From Fibrobacteria bacterium (GTDB taxonomy: Bacteria > Fibrobacterota > Fibrobacteria > UBA11236): a stretch of 64,000 bases of DNA. The notes below the pieces were generated by a model. That model did no database searches. It had not been told where the DNA came from and saw only the letters and a program-made list of their open reading frames with translations. Below, piece after piece: positions 18,323-27,963 of the stretch (position 1 is its first letter; the number at the start of each line of letters is the position of its first letter). Location: the NCBI GenBank assembly GCA_041746255.1, contig JBGTHM010000102.1, forward strand, positions 37,793 through 101,792. The letters run 5' to 3'. A program made the position numbers and the translations under genes.

Positions 18323-19630
18323 TTATAAAGGCGATTTGTTCTGTGGGGCTTCGACAATCAATCGTCCCGATAGGCGCTGTAACGATAATTCCGAAGATTT
18401 AGTGGATTGCCGGGCCGCGGCCAGACGGCTACGCGCGTCAAGCAACCTTTGCTGTGCCGCACGGAATTCCAGCGAGGTGGAAGCGCCTGCGCGAAAAACT
18501 TCGCGTGCGGCTTCGGCTTGCATGCGCACTACTTCCAGATTACGCGCTTCCAGGTCAACCTGACGCAGGCCCGTAGCATAACTTTGCGCGGCGCGCTCGA
18601 AATCCGCCCGCACACTTTCTTGTTGTTGGACCAAGCGGGTTTCGCCTTGTCTAAGACCGAGGCGGGCATTTCCCACATTGCGCTGCGTGTTGAGCCGATC
18701 GAAAAGGGGCATGGAGAGGTTAATCCCGTATGAGGGTCCGCCGGTATTGCTGAATGCCGGTGCTTCGGGATTGAGGGCCTCGGGTTGGGCGGAATAGGAG
18801 ATATTGCCGGAAACTCGCGGGAGATGGCCACCTCGGGCTTCTTTCACACTCAGGGCAGCCGCCTCTTTTTCGGCTCTGGCACGGGCGATGTCGGAATTTT
18901 TTTCGGTGAGATTCATGCGCCAGGTTTCCAAAGGAAGGTTTTCCGCCAAGGGAATGGTGTCGATAACTTCGAAAGACGTAATGGGATCGCGGGCCAGGAG
19001 TTGATTCAATTGGATTTTGGCATTGTGCAAAGCCGTCTGTTGCGAAAACAGAGCGGAAGAGTCGGCGTTCAAATCCGCCAGCGATTGCAACTCTTCCAGC
19101 CGGGTGCCCGCTCCCAACTCCGCTCGGGCCGCCGCCAGCCGGGCCCTTTCGCGGGAAACTTCCAGCAGCTCTTCGAGAGCGGAAAGCCGTTGCCGTTGCT
19201 GCACGATTCCGAAATACCCGTCGAGTATGGCCTGCCAGGTCGCTTCAATCGCGGCCTGTTCGGACAGCCTGGCGGAAATTTCCTGGGCCTGCAGGCGATT
19301 ATACGTGTTGTAGGAGCGAAAGCCATCGAAAATAAGGAGTCCGAGTGAAGCGCCTACGGAGGTGCGGGCGGCTCCACCTTCAAAATCGCCGGTATGGCCT
19401 GCCGATGCCGAAAGTTCGGGGAGAAAGGGCCCGATGCCCGCACGACGGTTGTTCTCCGCAATGGAAGTCTGATCGCGGGCCAGCGACAGCGAGTGGTTAT
19501 TTTCCAGGCCAATGCGAACAGCCGCTTCGGGGGTGAGTAATTGGGACTTTCCCGGCAAGAGCGAGTTGCAAAGCCCAAGCAGGAAAAACCGGGAAAAATT
19601 CTTCGAGGCTTTACCGGTTCGCAGTCTCAT
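18323..19630 (-). CDS. TolC-family outer membrane efflux protein
   Basis: GGAGGAG before ATG 19630; two OEP repeats (FLPELS...IFDGF and HLPRVS...PLFD). Confidence 0.88.
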   Translation of the reverse strand: MRLRTGKASKNFSRFFLLGLCNSLLPGKSQLLTPEAAVRIGLENNHSLSLARDQTSIAENNRRAGIGPFLPELSASAGHTGDFEGGAARTSVGASLGLLIFDGFRSYNTYNRLQAQEISARLSEQAAIEATWQAILDGYFGIVQQRQRLSALEELLEVSRERARLAAARAELGAGTRLEELQSLADLNADSSALFSQQTALHNAKIQLNQLLARDPITSFEVIDTIPLAENLPLETWRMNLTEKNSDIARARAEKEAAALSVKEARGGHLPRVSGNISYSAQPEALNPEAPAFSNTGGPSYGINLSMPLFDRLNTQRNVGNARLGLRQGETRLVQQQESVRADFERAAQSYATGLRQVDLEARNLEVVRMQAEAAREVFRAGASTSLEFRAAQQRLLDARSRLAAARQSTKSSELSLQRLSGRLIVEAPQNKSPL

Positions 19631-19695
19631 GTTCTCCTCCATCCATTACCTGAATCAACGTACCAATCCCGCGTAGAGGGGAACCAGGCCCTTTT

Positions 19696-19723
19696 TGTAA
19701 ACCCCATGTAAACGTAGGTTAAC
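19696..19723. promoter_or_regulatory. Tandem direct repeats, candidate OmpR/CpxR-type binding site
   Basis: TGTAAAC-ccca-TGTAAAC-gta-GGTTAAC with 10-11 bp period in the divergent promoter region. Confidence 0.55.
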
Positions 19724-19784
19724 TTATGCGTATCGCTCCCGTTTGCGGTCGCCGTGGGGGCGGGATAAATGGTAAATTGCAGAA

Positions 19785-20486
19785 ATGCCGCAAGAAAAAT
19801 CCGTACTGGTCATCGATGACGATAAAGAGTTGGGTGAGTTGCTTATTGAATATTTAGGGCAGTTCGGGTTCGCGGTGGAAGCGGCCTTACATCCCGACCA
19901 GGGTTTGGCTATGCTTCGCGCTCGCAAACCGGATTTGGTGGTGCTCGACGTTATGCTTCCGGGTAGGAATGGATTCGAAGTATGCAAAGAAATCCGCCGC
20001 GACAGCACTGTGCCCATCATCATGCTTACGGCCCGGGGTGAAGTGAGCGATAGGGTTTTGGGATTGGGCCTCGGCGCGGACGACTATCTTCCCAAACCCT
20101 TCGAGCCCAGGGAGTTGGTAGCCCGCATCGAATCGCTTTTTCGGCGCACCGGGGAGGTAAAAAAGCGGAGTTCCTTCCGATCCGGCGAATTACGGGTTGA
20201 TTTAGACAGGCATTCGGCTCATCTCGGCAACGAGCCTCTCGAATTGACCCGGATGGAATTCCAGGTGCTCTCGCTGTTGGCATCCCAAGCGGGAACTACC
20301 GTAGACCGGGAGACTTTGTCGGCCAAGGTAAAAGGCATTGACTGGGATCCGCTCGACCGGACCCTGGACGTGATAATGGGCAGGCTCCGTTTGAAATTAG
20401 GAGACGACCCTCGCAACCCTCGTTTTATCCGCACTGTGCGCGGCGTCGGTTATCTTTTCGTGGAAAACGTGGTTTGGCATGAATAG
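19785..20486 (+). CDS. OmpR-family response regulator
   Basis: VIDDD, LDVMLP, GADDYLPKPF, IRTVRGVGY. Confidence 0.95.
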   Translation: MPQEKSVLVIDDDKELGELLIEYLGQFGFAVEAALHPDQGLAMLRARKPDLVVLDVMLPGRNGFEVCKEIRRDSTVPIIMLTARGEVSDRVLGLGLGADDYLPKPFEPRELVARIESLFRRTGEVKKRSSFRSGELRVDLDRHSAHLGNEPLELTRMEFQVLSLLASQAGTTVDRETLSAKVKGIDWDPLDRTLDVIMGRLRLKLGDDPRNPRFIRTVRGVGYLFVENVVWHE

Positions 20487-21852
20487 CCCCAGCCTGAAAA
20501 CCCGCAGCGGGGGAATTTCGATATTTCTCAAGCTCTTCGGAATCTATATCGCCACCGTAGTAGTCGTGACGGTTTTGTCGATGGTTTTTCTCCAGGCGAT
20601 TTTTTATTCCGGAAAATCCGATAAAAGCATTCGCGATAAGAACCGCGCCAAATACGTCAGCTTGCTGGTAGAGGAACTGGGAAATCCTCCGCGGCTGGAT
20701 GCGGCGATGGCCTTATCCCGAAAGCTGGACATGCATATTCGTATGGAGGGGTCTACGGGCGGATGGACGACCTGGGACAGTCTACCGGCTATTTCGGAAT
20801 TGGATTCAAAAAATTTTCGCCCCACCACCGAACCGCATACGCGCTTCGGTAAAATTAGAAACCAACGCTTCACGGTCGCGGAAAGGAACGGACATACCTT
20901 TTTGTTCCTCTTTCAAGGAGGACCTTTTCGGGAAGCGCGCGTGGAACTGATTCCGGTTCTTTTGGCATTGGTGGGTGGACTGTTCGCGCTTAGCTTTCTT
21001 TGGCTACGCTATATTTTCAAGCCGCTGCATTGGCTGACCGAAGGGGTGAGCCAAGTCGCCCAGGGAAATCTCGATCACGGGGTCGCCGTAAGAGGTAATG
21101 ATGAATTGGGTGAATTAGCCTCTTCTTTCAACGACATGACCCGGCGCATCCGCGACATGATGAAATCGAAAGAGCAATTGCTGCTTGATGTCAGTCATGA
21201 ATTGCGATCGCCGCTCACGCGCATCAAGGTGGCGTTGGAATTGAACAAGCCCAATGGCCAGGTCGTCATTCGTAGGAATATCATCGAGATGGAGACGATG
21301 ATTTCGGAATTGCTCGAATCGGCCCGCCTCGACAGCGGACACGGGGGGCTGAGATTGGAACCGGTCGCCTTGCGCCCGTTGCTTGAAGAAGCTGTGGGCC
21401 TTTTCCCCGCGACCGCTCCCGGCATCCGCATACACTCCAATACGGAGGCGCTTTCGATTCACGCCGACAGAAATTCTTCCCTCACGGTATTCCGCAATCT
21501 TTTGGAGAATGCCGTCAAATACTCCTCCCACCAGGATAAGCCCGTGGAATTAAGCTCGGAGGCGTTCGCGGATAAGGTTAAGGTGCATGTCGTGGACTAC
21601 GGTTACGGAATCCCGGAGACAGAATTGAAATCGATTTTCGAACCTTTCTATCGCGTCGACAAATCCAGAACCAAAAGTACCGGCGGCTATGGTTTGGGCT
21701 TGAGCCTGTGCCGGAAAATCATGGAAGCCCACGGGGGCGCCATCGTTTTGGAAAGCCGCGAGGGCGAAGGGACAAGAGTAACCTTGGAGTTTCCCTTGTC
21801 CCACGACCTTAACCCGTTCCGAAATCCAACCGAAAAGGATATCGCCGCTTGA
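20479..21852 (+). CDS. HAMP-domain sensor histidine kinase
   Basis: Two TMs, HAMP, SHELRSPL, NLLENAVKY, GYGLGLS. Confidence 0.95.
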   Translation: MNSPSLKTRSGGISIFLKLFGIYIATVVVVTVLSMVFLQAIFYSGKSDKSIRDKNRAKYVSLLVEELGNPPRLDAAMALSRKLDMHIRMEGSTGGWTTWDSLPAISELDSKNFRPTTEPHTRFGKIRNQRFTVAERNGHTFLFLFQGGPFREARVELIPVLLALVGGLFALSFLWLRYIFKPLHWLTEGVSQVAQGNLDHGVAVRGNDELGELASSFNDMTRRIRDMMKSKEQLLLDVSHELRSPLTRIKVALELNKPNGQVVIRRNIIEMETMISELLESARLDSGHGGLRLEPVALRPLLEEAVGLFPATAPGIRIHSNTEALSIHADRNSSLTVFRNLLENAVKYSSHQDKPVELSSEAFADKVKVHVVDYGYGIPETELKSIFEPFYRVDKSRTKSTGGYGLGLSLCRKIMEAHGGAIVLESREGEGTRVTLEFPLSHDLNPFRNPTEKDIAA

Positions 21853-24800
21853 AAGGCGGAATAATCGGTTATTTCGCCGACCGGCATATTCTCGCCAACC
21901 TCCTGATGGTGGTTGTGTTTGTGGGTGGTTTTTACTCCTGGAAAAAAGCGGGCAAAGAGGAAATGCCCGACTTCGTCAACGACAGGGTGACGATTTCCGT
22001 AAGCTATCCCGGCGCCACGGCTCAGGAAGTGGAGTACTTCGTGGTACGTCCGCTGGAAGAGGCAATAAAAGGGGTGGATGGAATCGAGGAAATCCGCAGT
22101 ACGGCCTCTCCCGGCGGGGCCAGCATCAATGCCTATTTGGAAGACCAGCCCTCCCGCTTCCATGAAATCGTCACCGAGATAAAAAACGCGGCCCTCGATG
22201 CGCGGCTTCCCGAAGAAATCACCGAAGAGCCACGGGTAAGGCAATGGCAATCTTCCAAAAGCGCGATCATCGACATCGCCATTTTCGATACGGCCCTGCA
22301 TCTCTGGACTGTGGATGACCGCAAACGGTTGCAGTCAGTAGCCTTGACTTTGGAGAATGCCTTGATCGGCTTGCCTCAGGTCAACTCCGTCAATCGGGGA
22401 GGGTTTCTCCGGGATGAAATCCGTATCAGTGCCAATCCTTTACGTTTACAGAATTACAACATTCCCCTAAATGCCCTGGCCGCCGAAATTCGCGGCAACA
22501 ATCAGCGCCGACCCGCAGGATCCCTGAAGGACGCGGATGAATCGAAAGTCACCCTGGCCGGCGAATTGACCGAGGTCGAGGAATTAAAAAATCTAATCGT
22601 GCAAGGCGGATTCGACGGGCCGGCCGTCAGGTTGGGCGACGTGGCGGAAGTGAACGTCGGTTTCGAAGAAACCCGTTCCATCCAGAAGGTGAATGGGCAC
22701 GAGGCCGTCATTCTCAATGTGGTGAAAAACAGTTCGGCAGGAATCATCAAGGCCGTGGACGCGGTACATGCCAATGTTGAAAGGTTCCAAAAGGAAAACC
22801 TCGCGGGAGAATCCGTTCGCATCCTTCTGCTCGACGACGAATCGCGGGACGTCCGCAACCGTTTATCCATTATCGCTTCCAACGGAATCATAGGGATCGC
22901 TCTCATACTCCTGCTGCTCTTTCTGTTCCTGAATTTGCCGGCCGGGTTATGGGTGACCGTAGGCATTCCTTTTTGCTTCGGTTTCACGCTTATCGGCGCC
23001 TATATGATGGGGCATACGGTGAACAATATGACTTTGGCGGCAGTCATCATTGTGATGGGAATGATTGTGGACGATGCCATCGTAGTCGCGGAAAACATCA
23101 TGCGCCTGCGAAACCAAAAAGGGAATGTCAGGGAGGCTTCCGTGGAAGGAGCCCGGTTCGTAAGTCTTCCCATCACGGCGGCCATAATCACCACCTGCGC
23201 GGCATTTCTCCCGCTTCTTTTTTTCGAAAACCGTTTCGGCAACCTCATCAAGGTCATTCCTCCCGTCGTTTCTTTGATGCTTATTGCCAGCCTGATCGAA
23301 TCGCTGCTTATCCTCCCGGGGCATATGGCCCTTTCTCCGCCCAAGTGGGTGCGTCGTTTAGGCGGAAAATTCCGCAAAACCGTTCCCACGTCGGAAGGCC
23401 GGGCGCCGAAGAAACATTGGTTCGATAATGTGGAATCAGTCTACGCTTTCGTGCTGTACCGGATTTTGCGTTTCAAATGGCTGGTGTTTCCGGTGTTCGG
23501 TGTGTTGCTATTCTGGACCGCGCATATTTTCACGAACGATATGAAATTCGTGCTCTTTCCCAATGAAGAAACCACTCAAGTAAGGGTGGACATAGAGGCG
23601 CCGGTGGAGGTGAGGCGTTATGAAATGGCGGAACTCACGCGCAAGGTTGAGGGATTCCTGCAACCCTATATAGGCCATGAATTGATAGGACATCGTACCG
23701 AAATCGCCCGCAGTCGCTGGGGAAGGCCGGTGCAGGAAAACATCGCCTCGATGCGGGTGGAATTGGTGGCGCGGGAAAAACGGGAGAAATCGGCGCGACA
23801 ATTGATTGCCGAATGGCGGGCGCTTGCCGATTCCCTGCAGGGCTTCACGAAAATTGATTTCCGCACTTCCCGTTTTGGACAAGAAAGCGGAAGTTCCATC
23901 GAGATCCAAGTACTGGAAAACAATGACGGGGTGCGTAATCGCGTGGCGGACTCCTTGGCGGCTGCGCTAATGGCGAATCCAGCCCTGGTCGATGTCGAAA
24001 TCGACAGGCCGCTTGACAATCCGGAATTTCTGCTCAAACTGAATCGCGACCGGATCAAACGCCTTTCCATTAATCCCGCGAATATCGCCCAAACCTTACG
24101 AACCTTGTTGGAAGGTCAGGTCCTGTATGAAATTGCGGGAGATCAGGAAGAAGTCTCGGTGGTGTTGACGGCCAAGGATGCCGTCAAAGGAAATATCCGC
24201 GATATTTTAGCGCTGCCCGTAGAAAACAGCAGGGACTATCTGGTGCCGTTGTCGTCGGTCGTTTCGGTGGAAGAGAGCACGACTCCGGCCAGCATTGAAA
24301 GGGAGCGGTACAAACGGGTTACCAAAGTGATTGCCGATTTGCGCTCAAATAGCAGCGTTACTCCCCTCGAGATAGCCGATCAACTTGAAGCGGAAGTATT
24401 CCCCCGCCTCCTGAGGAATAACCCGAACACCCAGTTGGCTTTCACGGGAGAGGTCAAAGATACGCGCGAATCGCAAGGAAATTTCGAAATGGCTATTTTT
24501 ACCGTGATTATTCTTATATACGGGATTCTAGCCTTGCTTTTCAATTCGCTGTTAACCCCTTTCATCATCATGGCCAGCATTCCTTTTGGCGTAGTGGGGG
24601 TGGTCTTGGCCTTCAAATTCCACGGAATGCAGCAATACGGATTTTTCGCGGCTGTGGGCATATTGGGTTTGATGGGGGTGGTCATCAACGATTCCATCGT
24701 GATGCTGGTAAAACTAAAAAAAAGATTTACCGCCCCCACCGAGGGAATTGAAGACGATTCCGAACCCGAGGTTTCGACCGGAGTTAAATCCATTTCGGAC

Positions 24801-25046
24801 TACAAGGTGGCGCATGTTTCCAAAACCAGGCTCCGTGCCGTTATCTTAACTACGCTTACCACCGTGGCGGGACTTTTCCCCACCGCTTACGGCATCGCAG
24901 GCTACGACGCCATGTTGGCGGAAATGATGCTGGCTATGGGTTGGGGGCTACTATTCGGAACCTTGATAACCCTGGTGTTGGTGCCCTCCCTGTATGCGGC
25001 TGGGTTACAAATTCGGGGCTGGTTCGCTGCCCAAGGAAACGTTTAA
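21849..25046 (+). CDS. RND efflux permease (AcrB/AcrD/AcrF family)
   Basis: 1065 aa; SYPGATAQEVE, GMIVDDAIVVAENI, GVVINDSIV, RLRAVILTTLTT. TTG start overlaps the kinase stop. Confidence 0.92.
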   Translation: MKGGIIGYFADRHILANLLMVVVFVGGFYSWKKAGKEEMPDFVNDRVTISVSYPGATAQEVEYFVVRPLEEAIKGVDGIEEIRSTASPGGASINAYLEDQPSRFHEIVTEIKNAALDARLPEEITEEPRVRQWQSSKSAIIDIAIFDTALHLWTVDDRKRLQSVALTLENALIGLPQVNSVNRGGFLRDEIRISANPLRLQNYNIPLNALAAEIRGNNQRRPAGSLKDADESKVTLAGELTEVEELKNLIVQGGFDGPAVRLGDVAEVNVGFEETRSIQKVNGHEAVILNVVKNSSAGIIKAVDAVHANVERFQKENLAGESVRILLLDDESRDVRNRLSIIASNGIIGIALILLLLFLFLNLPAGLWVTVGIPFCFGFTLIGAYMMGHTVNNMTLAAVIIVMGMIVDDAIVVAENIMRLRNQKGNVREASVEGARFVSLPITAAIITTCAAFLPLLFFENRFGNLIKVIPPVVSLMLIASLIESLLILPGHMALSPPKWVRRLGGKFRKTVPTSEGRAPKKHWFDNVESVYAFVLYRILRFKWLVFPVFGVLLFWTAHIFTNDMKFVLFPNEETTQVRVDIEAPVEVRRYEMAELTRKVEGFLQPYIGHELIGHRTEIARSRWGRPVQENIASMRVELVAREKREKSARQLIAEWRALADSLQGFTKIDFRTSRFGQESGSSIEIQVLENNDGVRNRVADSLAAALMANPALVDVEIDRPLDNPEFLLKLNRDRIKRLSINPANIAQTLRTLLEGQVLYEIAGDQEEVSVVLTAKDAVKGNIRDILALPVENSRDYLVPLSSVVSVEESTTPASIERERYKRVTKVIADLRSNSSVTPLEIADQLEAEVFPRLLRNNPNTQLAFTGEVKDTRESQGNFEMAIFTVIILIYGILALLFNSLLTPFIIMASIPFGVVGVVLAFKFHGMQQYGFFAAVGILGLMGVVINDSIVMLVKLKKRFTAPTEGIEDDSEPEVSTGVKSISDYKVAHVSKTRLRAVILTTLTTVAGLFPTAYGIAGYDAMLAEMMLAMGWGLLFGTLITLVLVPSLYAAGLQIRGWFAAQGNV

Positions 25047-25047
25047 G

Positions 25048-26472
25048 ATGTCGTTATTAAGGGCGCTTTGCTTGGGGTTCTGTTTCGGCTTCCTTTTCCT
25101 CGAAGCCAACGGCCAAGCGTCCGATTCGGTTCCGGATTCCGGGCGGCATCTCACGCTGGAAGCCTTCATCGAACAAGCCAGCCGTAGAGACAGTGTTTTC
25201 CAGGAAATTCTGATAGACGAGTTGACACTGCAATACCAGCGCACCCTGGCGCTCCCTCCGCGCGATCTGGTTCTTTCAGTGCGCGGGGAGTTCGGCCTTT
25301 CCTTGGACGGCACTCCCAGACCCGACTTGACCGCTTCGCTGGAGCGCCTTTTTCCCCTCCAGGGCGCCTCCATGGCCTTGCAATTCGAAAGCGTCTCGCG
25401 CAGCGCCGCCGATCGAAACAATGAGTTGTCTCTGGTGTTCGGAATGGAGTTGGCCCGTAACGCCTTCGGTCGTTCCACGCAAATGCTGGATAAACTTACG
25501 GGAATGGAAACCGAAATCGCCCGACATCAAATCGTGGAGGCCTATGAGGACTATCTCGCGTCGCTCATCGTAAGCTATTACAGGTGGACGGCCGCTTGGG
25601 AAAGTGTCAAGGCCGCGCAGTCGGCGGTAGAAGAAGGGGAGAAGCTGCTGACCAACATCCAATCGAAGCAACGCAGTCATATCGCCTATCAAGTCGATGT
25701 CGATAAAGCCCGCTTTCAATTGCTGGGAAAACAAGAAAGCCGAGTCTCGGCTCAGGATGAATACGATGGACTGACTTTGCATATAGCCCGGGCCGTGGGC
25801 GGGAATCCCGACGGACTGCGCCCCGATTCGGTCGGGTTGCATCGCGATGGCAACATCGATGTGCAGAGGGAAAGGGAAGCATTTTTCGAGTCTGGTCGCA
25901 CCGAGAGCATTTTGCGTCTGTTACAAGATAGGGATTCGCTTGCGCTGGAACGTGCGGCCGACAATCTTCTGCCCTCACTGCAAGCCTATGGAGGCCTGGG
26001 TTTGGGCGATTCCGAACCCACGGTTGCGGAGAATACCCGCGCCTTCGTGGGTCTCAGTCTGGGCTACTCTTTTCAGAAAAGCAGGGAGAAGGCTACGGTT
26101 GAGGTGACCAAGTTGACCTCGCAAAAGCAGCGTCTCGCGGCAGGGAATGCTCGTTCCCGACTCGTGGCGGACCTGGAGAGTTTATTCCAGACTATCGAGG
26201 CGCAAAAAGTGGCCATCGGGCTTTCGGAACAACGATTAATCCTGGCGCAGTCCATTTCCGACGCGGAGTCACGGGATTATATCTATGGGCGCGCCGATAT
26301 CAACGACTTGATTCAGGCCTTGAATACTTTACAGGAAACCCGCTTCAGTAAAATCCGGCAGGAAATAGAACTCGACATCCTTCTGGTGGAATGGCGCAGG
26401 CTCACCGATCAGCTGGTTTCGCGAAGAGAAGCCTTCGAACGCTCACTTCCCGCCGTCATCAGTCCGGAATAG
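25048..26472 (+). CDS. TolC-family outer membrane protein
   Basis: Signal peptide, helical OEP repeats (NLLPSL), directly after the RND gene. Confidence 0.75.
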   Translation: MSLLRALCLGFCFGFLFLEANGQASDSVPDSGRHLTLEAFIEQASRRDSVFQEILIDELTLQYQRTLALPPRDLVLSVRGEFGLSLDGTPRPDLTASLERLFPLQGASMALQFESVSRSAADRNNELSLVFGMELARNAFGRSTQMLDKLTGMETEIARHQIVEAYEDYLASLIVSYYRWTAAWESVKAAQSAVEEGEKLLTNIQSKQRSHIAYQVDVDKARFQLLGKQESRVSAQDEYDGLTLHIARAVGGNPDGLRPDSVGLHRDGNIDVQREREAFFESGRTESILRLLQDRDSLALERAADNLLPSLQAYGGLGLGDSEPTVAENTRAFVGLSLGYSFQKSREKATVEVTKLTSQKQRLAAGNARSRLVADLESLFQTIEAQKVAIGLSEQRLILAQSISDAESRDYIYGRADINDLIQALNTLQETRFSKIRQEIELDILLVEWRRLTDQLVSRREAFERSLPAVISPE

Positions 26473-26533
26473 CGCTCGCAGCGCGCCCGCGTTTGTTCCC
26501 GTCAGGGCCAACGAATTGTTTCGGAGACCGGCG

Positions 26534-26854
26534 CTAGCCGAAGGAACAAATATATTCCGTTTGGCCCTTGGCTACCGCGATTTCAAAAGAGGAGTTGCCG
26601 GGTATGGAAAAAGACGCGCCGGCGCCGTAATTTTCCCAATCGGATTTTCCCGCCAATCGCACGCGGCATTCACCAGCCACGATTTCCATCAATTCGGGGG
26701 CGGCGGTATCGAAACGAAACTCACCGGGGTAAATCAAGCCCAAGGTTTTTTTCGAACCATCGGAAAATAACAAGGAGTGGCTAATCACCTTACCATCGAA
26801 GTAAATATTGGCTTTGGCCGGTACGGTGACGCCTTCGAATCGCTGGGTGGACAT
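26534..26854 (-). CDS. ppnP: Pyrimidine/purine nucleoside phosphorylase
   Basis: KANIYFDGKVISH, KKTLGLI, PELMEIVAG, YICSF. Confidence 0.92.
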   Translation of the reverse strand: MSTQRFEGVTVPAKANIYFDGKVISHSLLFSDGSKKTLGLIYPGEFRFDTAAPELMEIVAGECRVRLAGKSDWENYGAGASFSIPGNSSFEIAVAKGQTEYICSFG

Positions 26855-27963
26855 GGAGTTTCCTCTTTAAGGGGTTTGGGAAAAAAGATAATTCGCAGAC
26901 GATAAAGCATCCAGCGTAATTCCATGCGCAAGGCGAGCTTTAGTGAGAGCGCAACGAATCGCGGCGGAGCCATGCCTCCGAAAACGCCTGCGATGGCGTA
27001 AAGAGCGCCGGGGCGGAAAGGGGAATTCGCGATTCGCGCATAAACCGGCTCCCAATGAGTGGGACGAAATTTCACTTTGAAAGATTCCAAGCCCTTGAAA
27101 TTGTAAAATCGCGTTGCGTGTTCGCGCATCCAGGCGAAAGCCAGCCGCACCCACCAGGGATTCCGCTCCCGGGACTCCGCCGAATAGCGGGCCAATGGGA
27201 CCAAACCCAAGGTGAGGTACTCCCTGCCTTCGTCCTGTGCCGCGCACATGGCAGCATCCACCAATAACTCCGAGGTTCCGTTGGGAGCTTGGCGCCCTCT
27301 CACGATTTGTTCGATAAGCCAACCCTGGCGCGCGGGAATGGGAGTGGCGATGAGATAAGCTAAGGGACGGCCCTGCTTCAGGGCCACGAACACCCGACGG
27401 TCTTCCAGATTTTGGAGCAAATCCGGTTCCACCAAAAAATGGAGAGGAAGCATGCGCCGGGTAGAGAGCCATTCCCGGAGCACCGGACGCAGCCGGGCGT
27501 GCAGCGATTCCTCTCCGCTCAAGCTGATACCTGTCCCCCAAGTTTCCACCGTAACGCCCTTATTGCGGGCGCGGTTGATTTGGGCGCGCAGCGAGGGCGT
27601 TTTCGCAAGAATTCCGGACCATTCCCCGGGGTTCCAGACAGGCTGTGAACCAATCACCACGGAATAAGGTGAATTGGCCGATGCGCCTTCCCCGGCGAAA
27701 TAGCACACTTTTTTGCCGTGCGTAGAGGATTCTTTTTCGAATTCGCGCGCGATGGCATCCTCCGTTCCCGGAGGGCAGACCGGCTCGCCCGATGCCACCC
27801 GGTAGCGGCCAAACGACTGATAGCCCACCACTCCTTCTTTTTTCCGGGAAATCCACAGACGCATGCGGGGATGGAGAATGGGATAGGCGGTGGAAGCGGA
27901 TCCATATCGAAGCGCCAATTTTCGCGCCCTTGCGCCGCTACTTTCGGAAGCGTTCGTCGTCAA
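26785..27963 (-). CDS. DUF2156 (MprF/aminoacyl-PG synthase C-terminal GNAT-like) domain protein
   Basis: ASGEPV, APNGTSELL, LTLGLVPLA, FYNFKGLESFKVKF...WEPVY. Probable TTG start overlapping the hisC stop. Confidence 0.8.
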   Translation of the reverse strand: MTTNASESSGARARKLALRYGSASTAYPILHPRMRLWISRKKEGVVGYQSFGRYRVASGEPVCPPGTEDAIAREFEKESSTHGKKVCYFAGEGASANSPYSVVIGSQPVWNPGEWSGILAKTPSLRAQINRARNKGVTVETWGTGISLSGEESLHARLRPVLREWLSTRRMLPLHFLVEPDLLQNLEDRRVFVALKQGRPLAYLIATPIPARQGWLIEQIVRGRQAPNGTSELLVDAAMCAAQDEGREYLTLGLVPLARYSAESRERNPWWVRLAFAWMREHATRFYNFKGLESFKVKFRPTHWEPVYARIANSPFRPGALYAIAGVFGGMAPPRFVALSLKLALRMELRWMLYRLRIIFFPKPLKEETPCPPSDSKASPYRPKPIFTSMVR

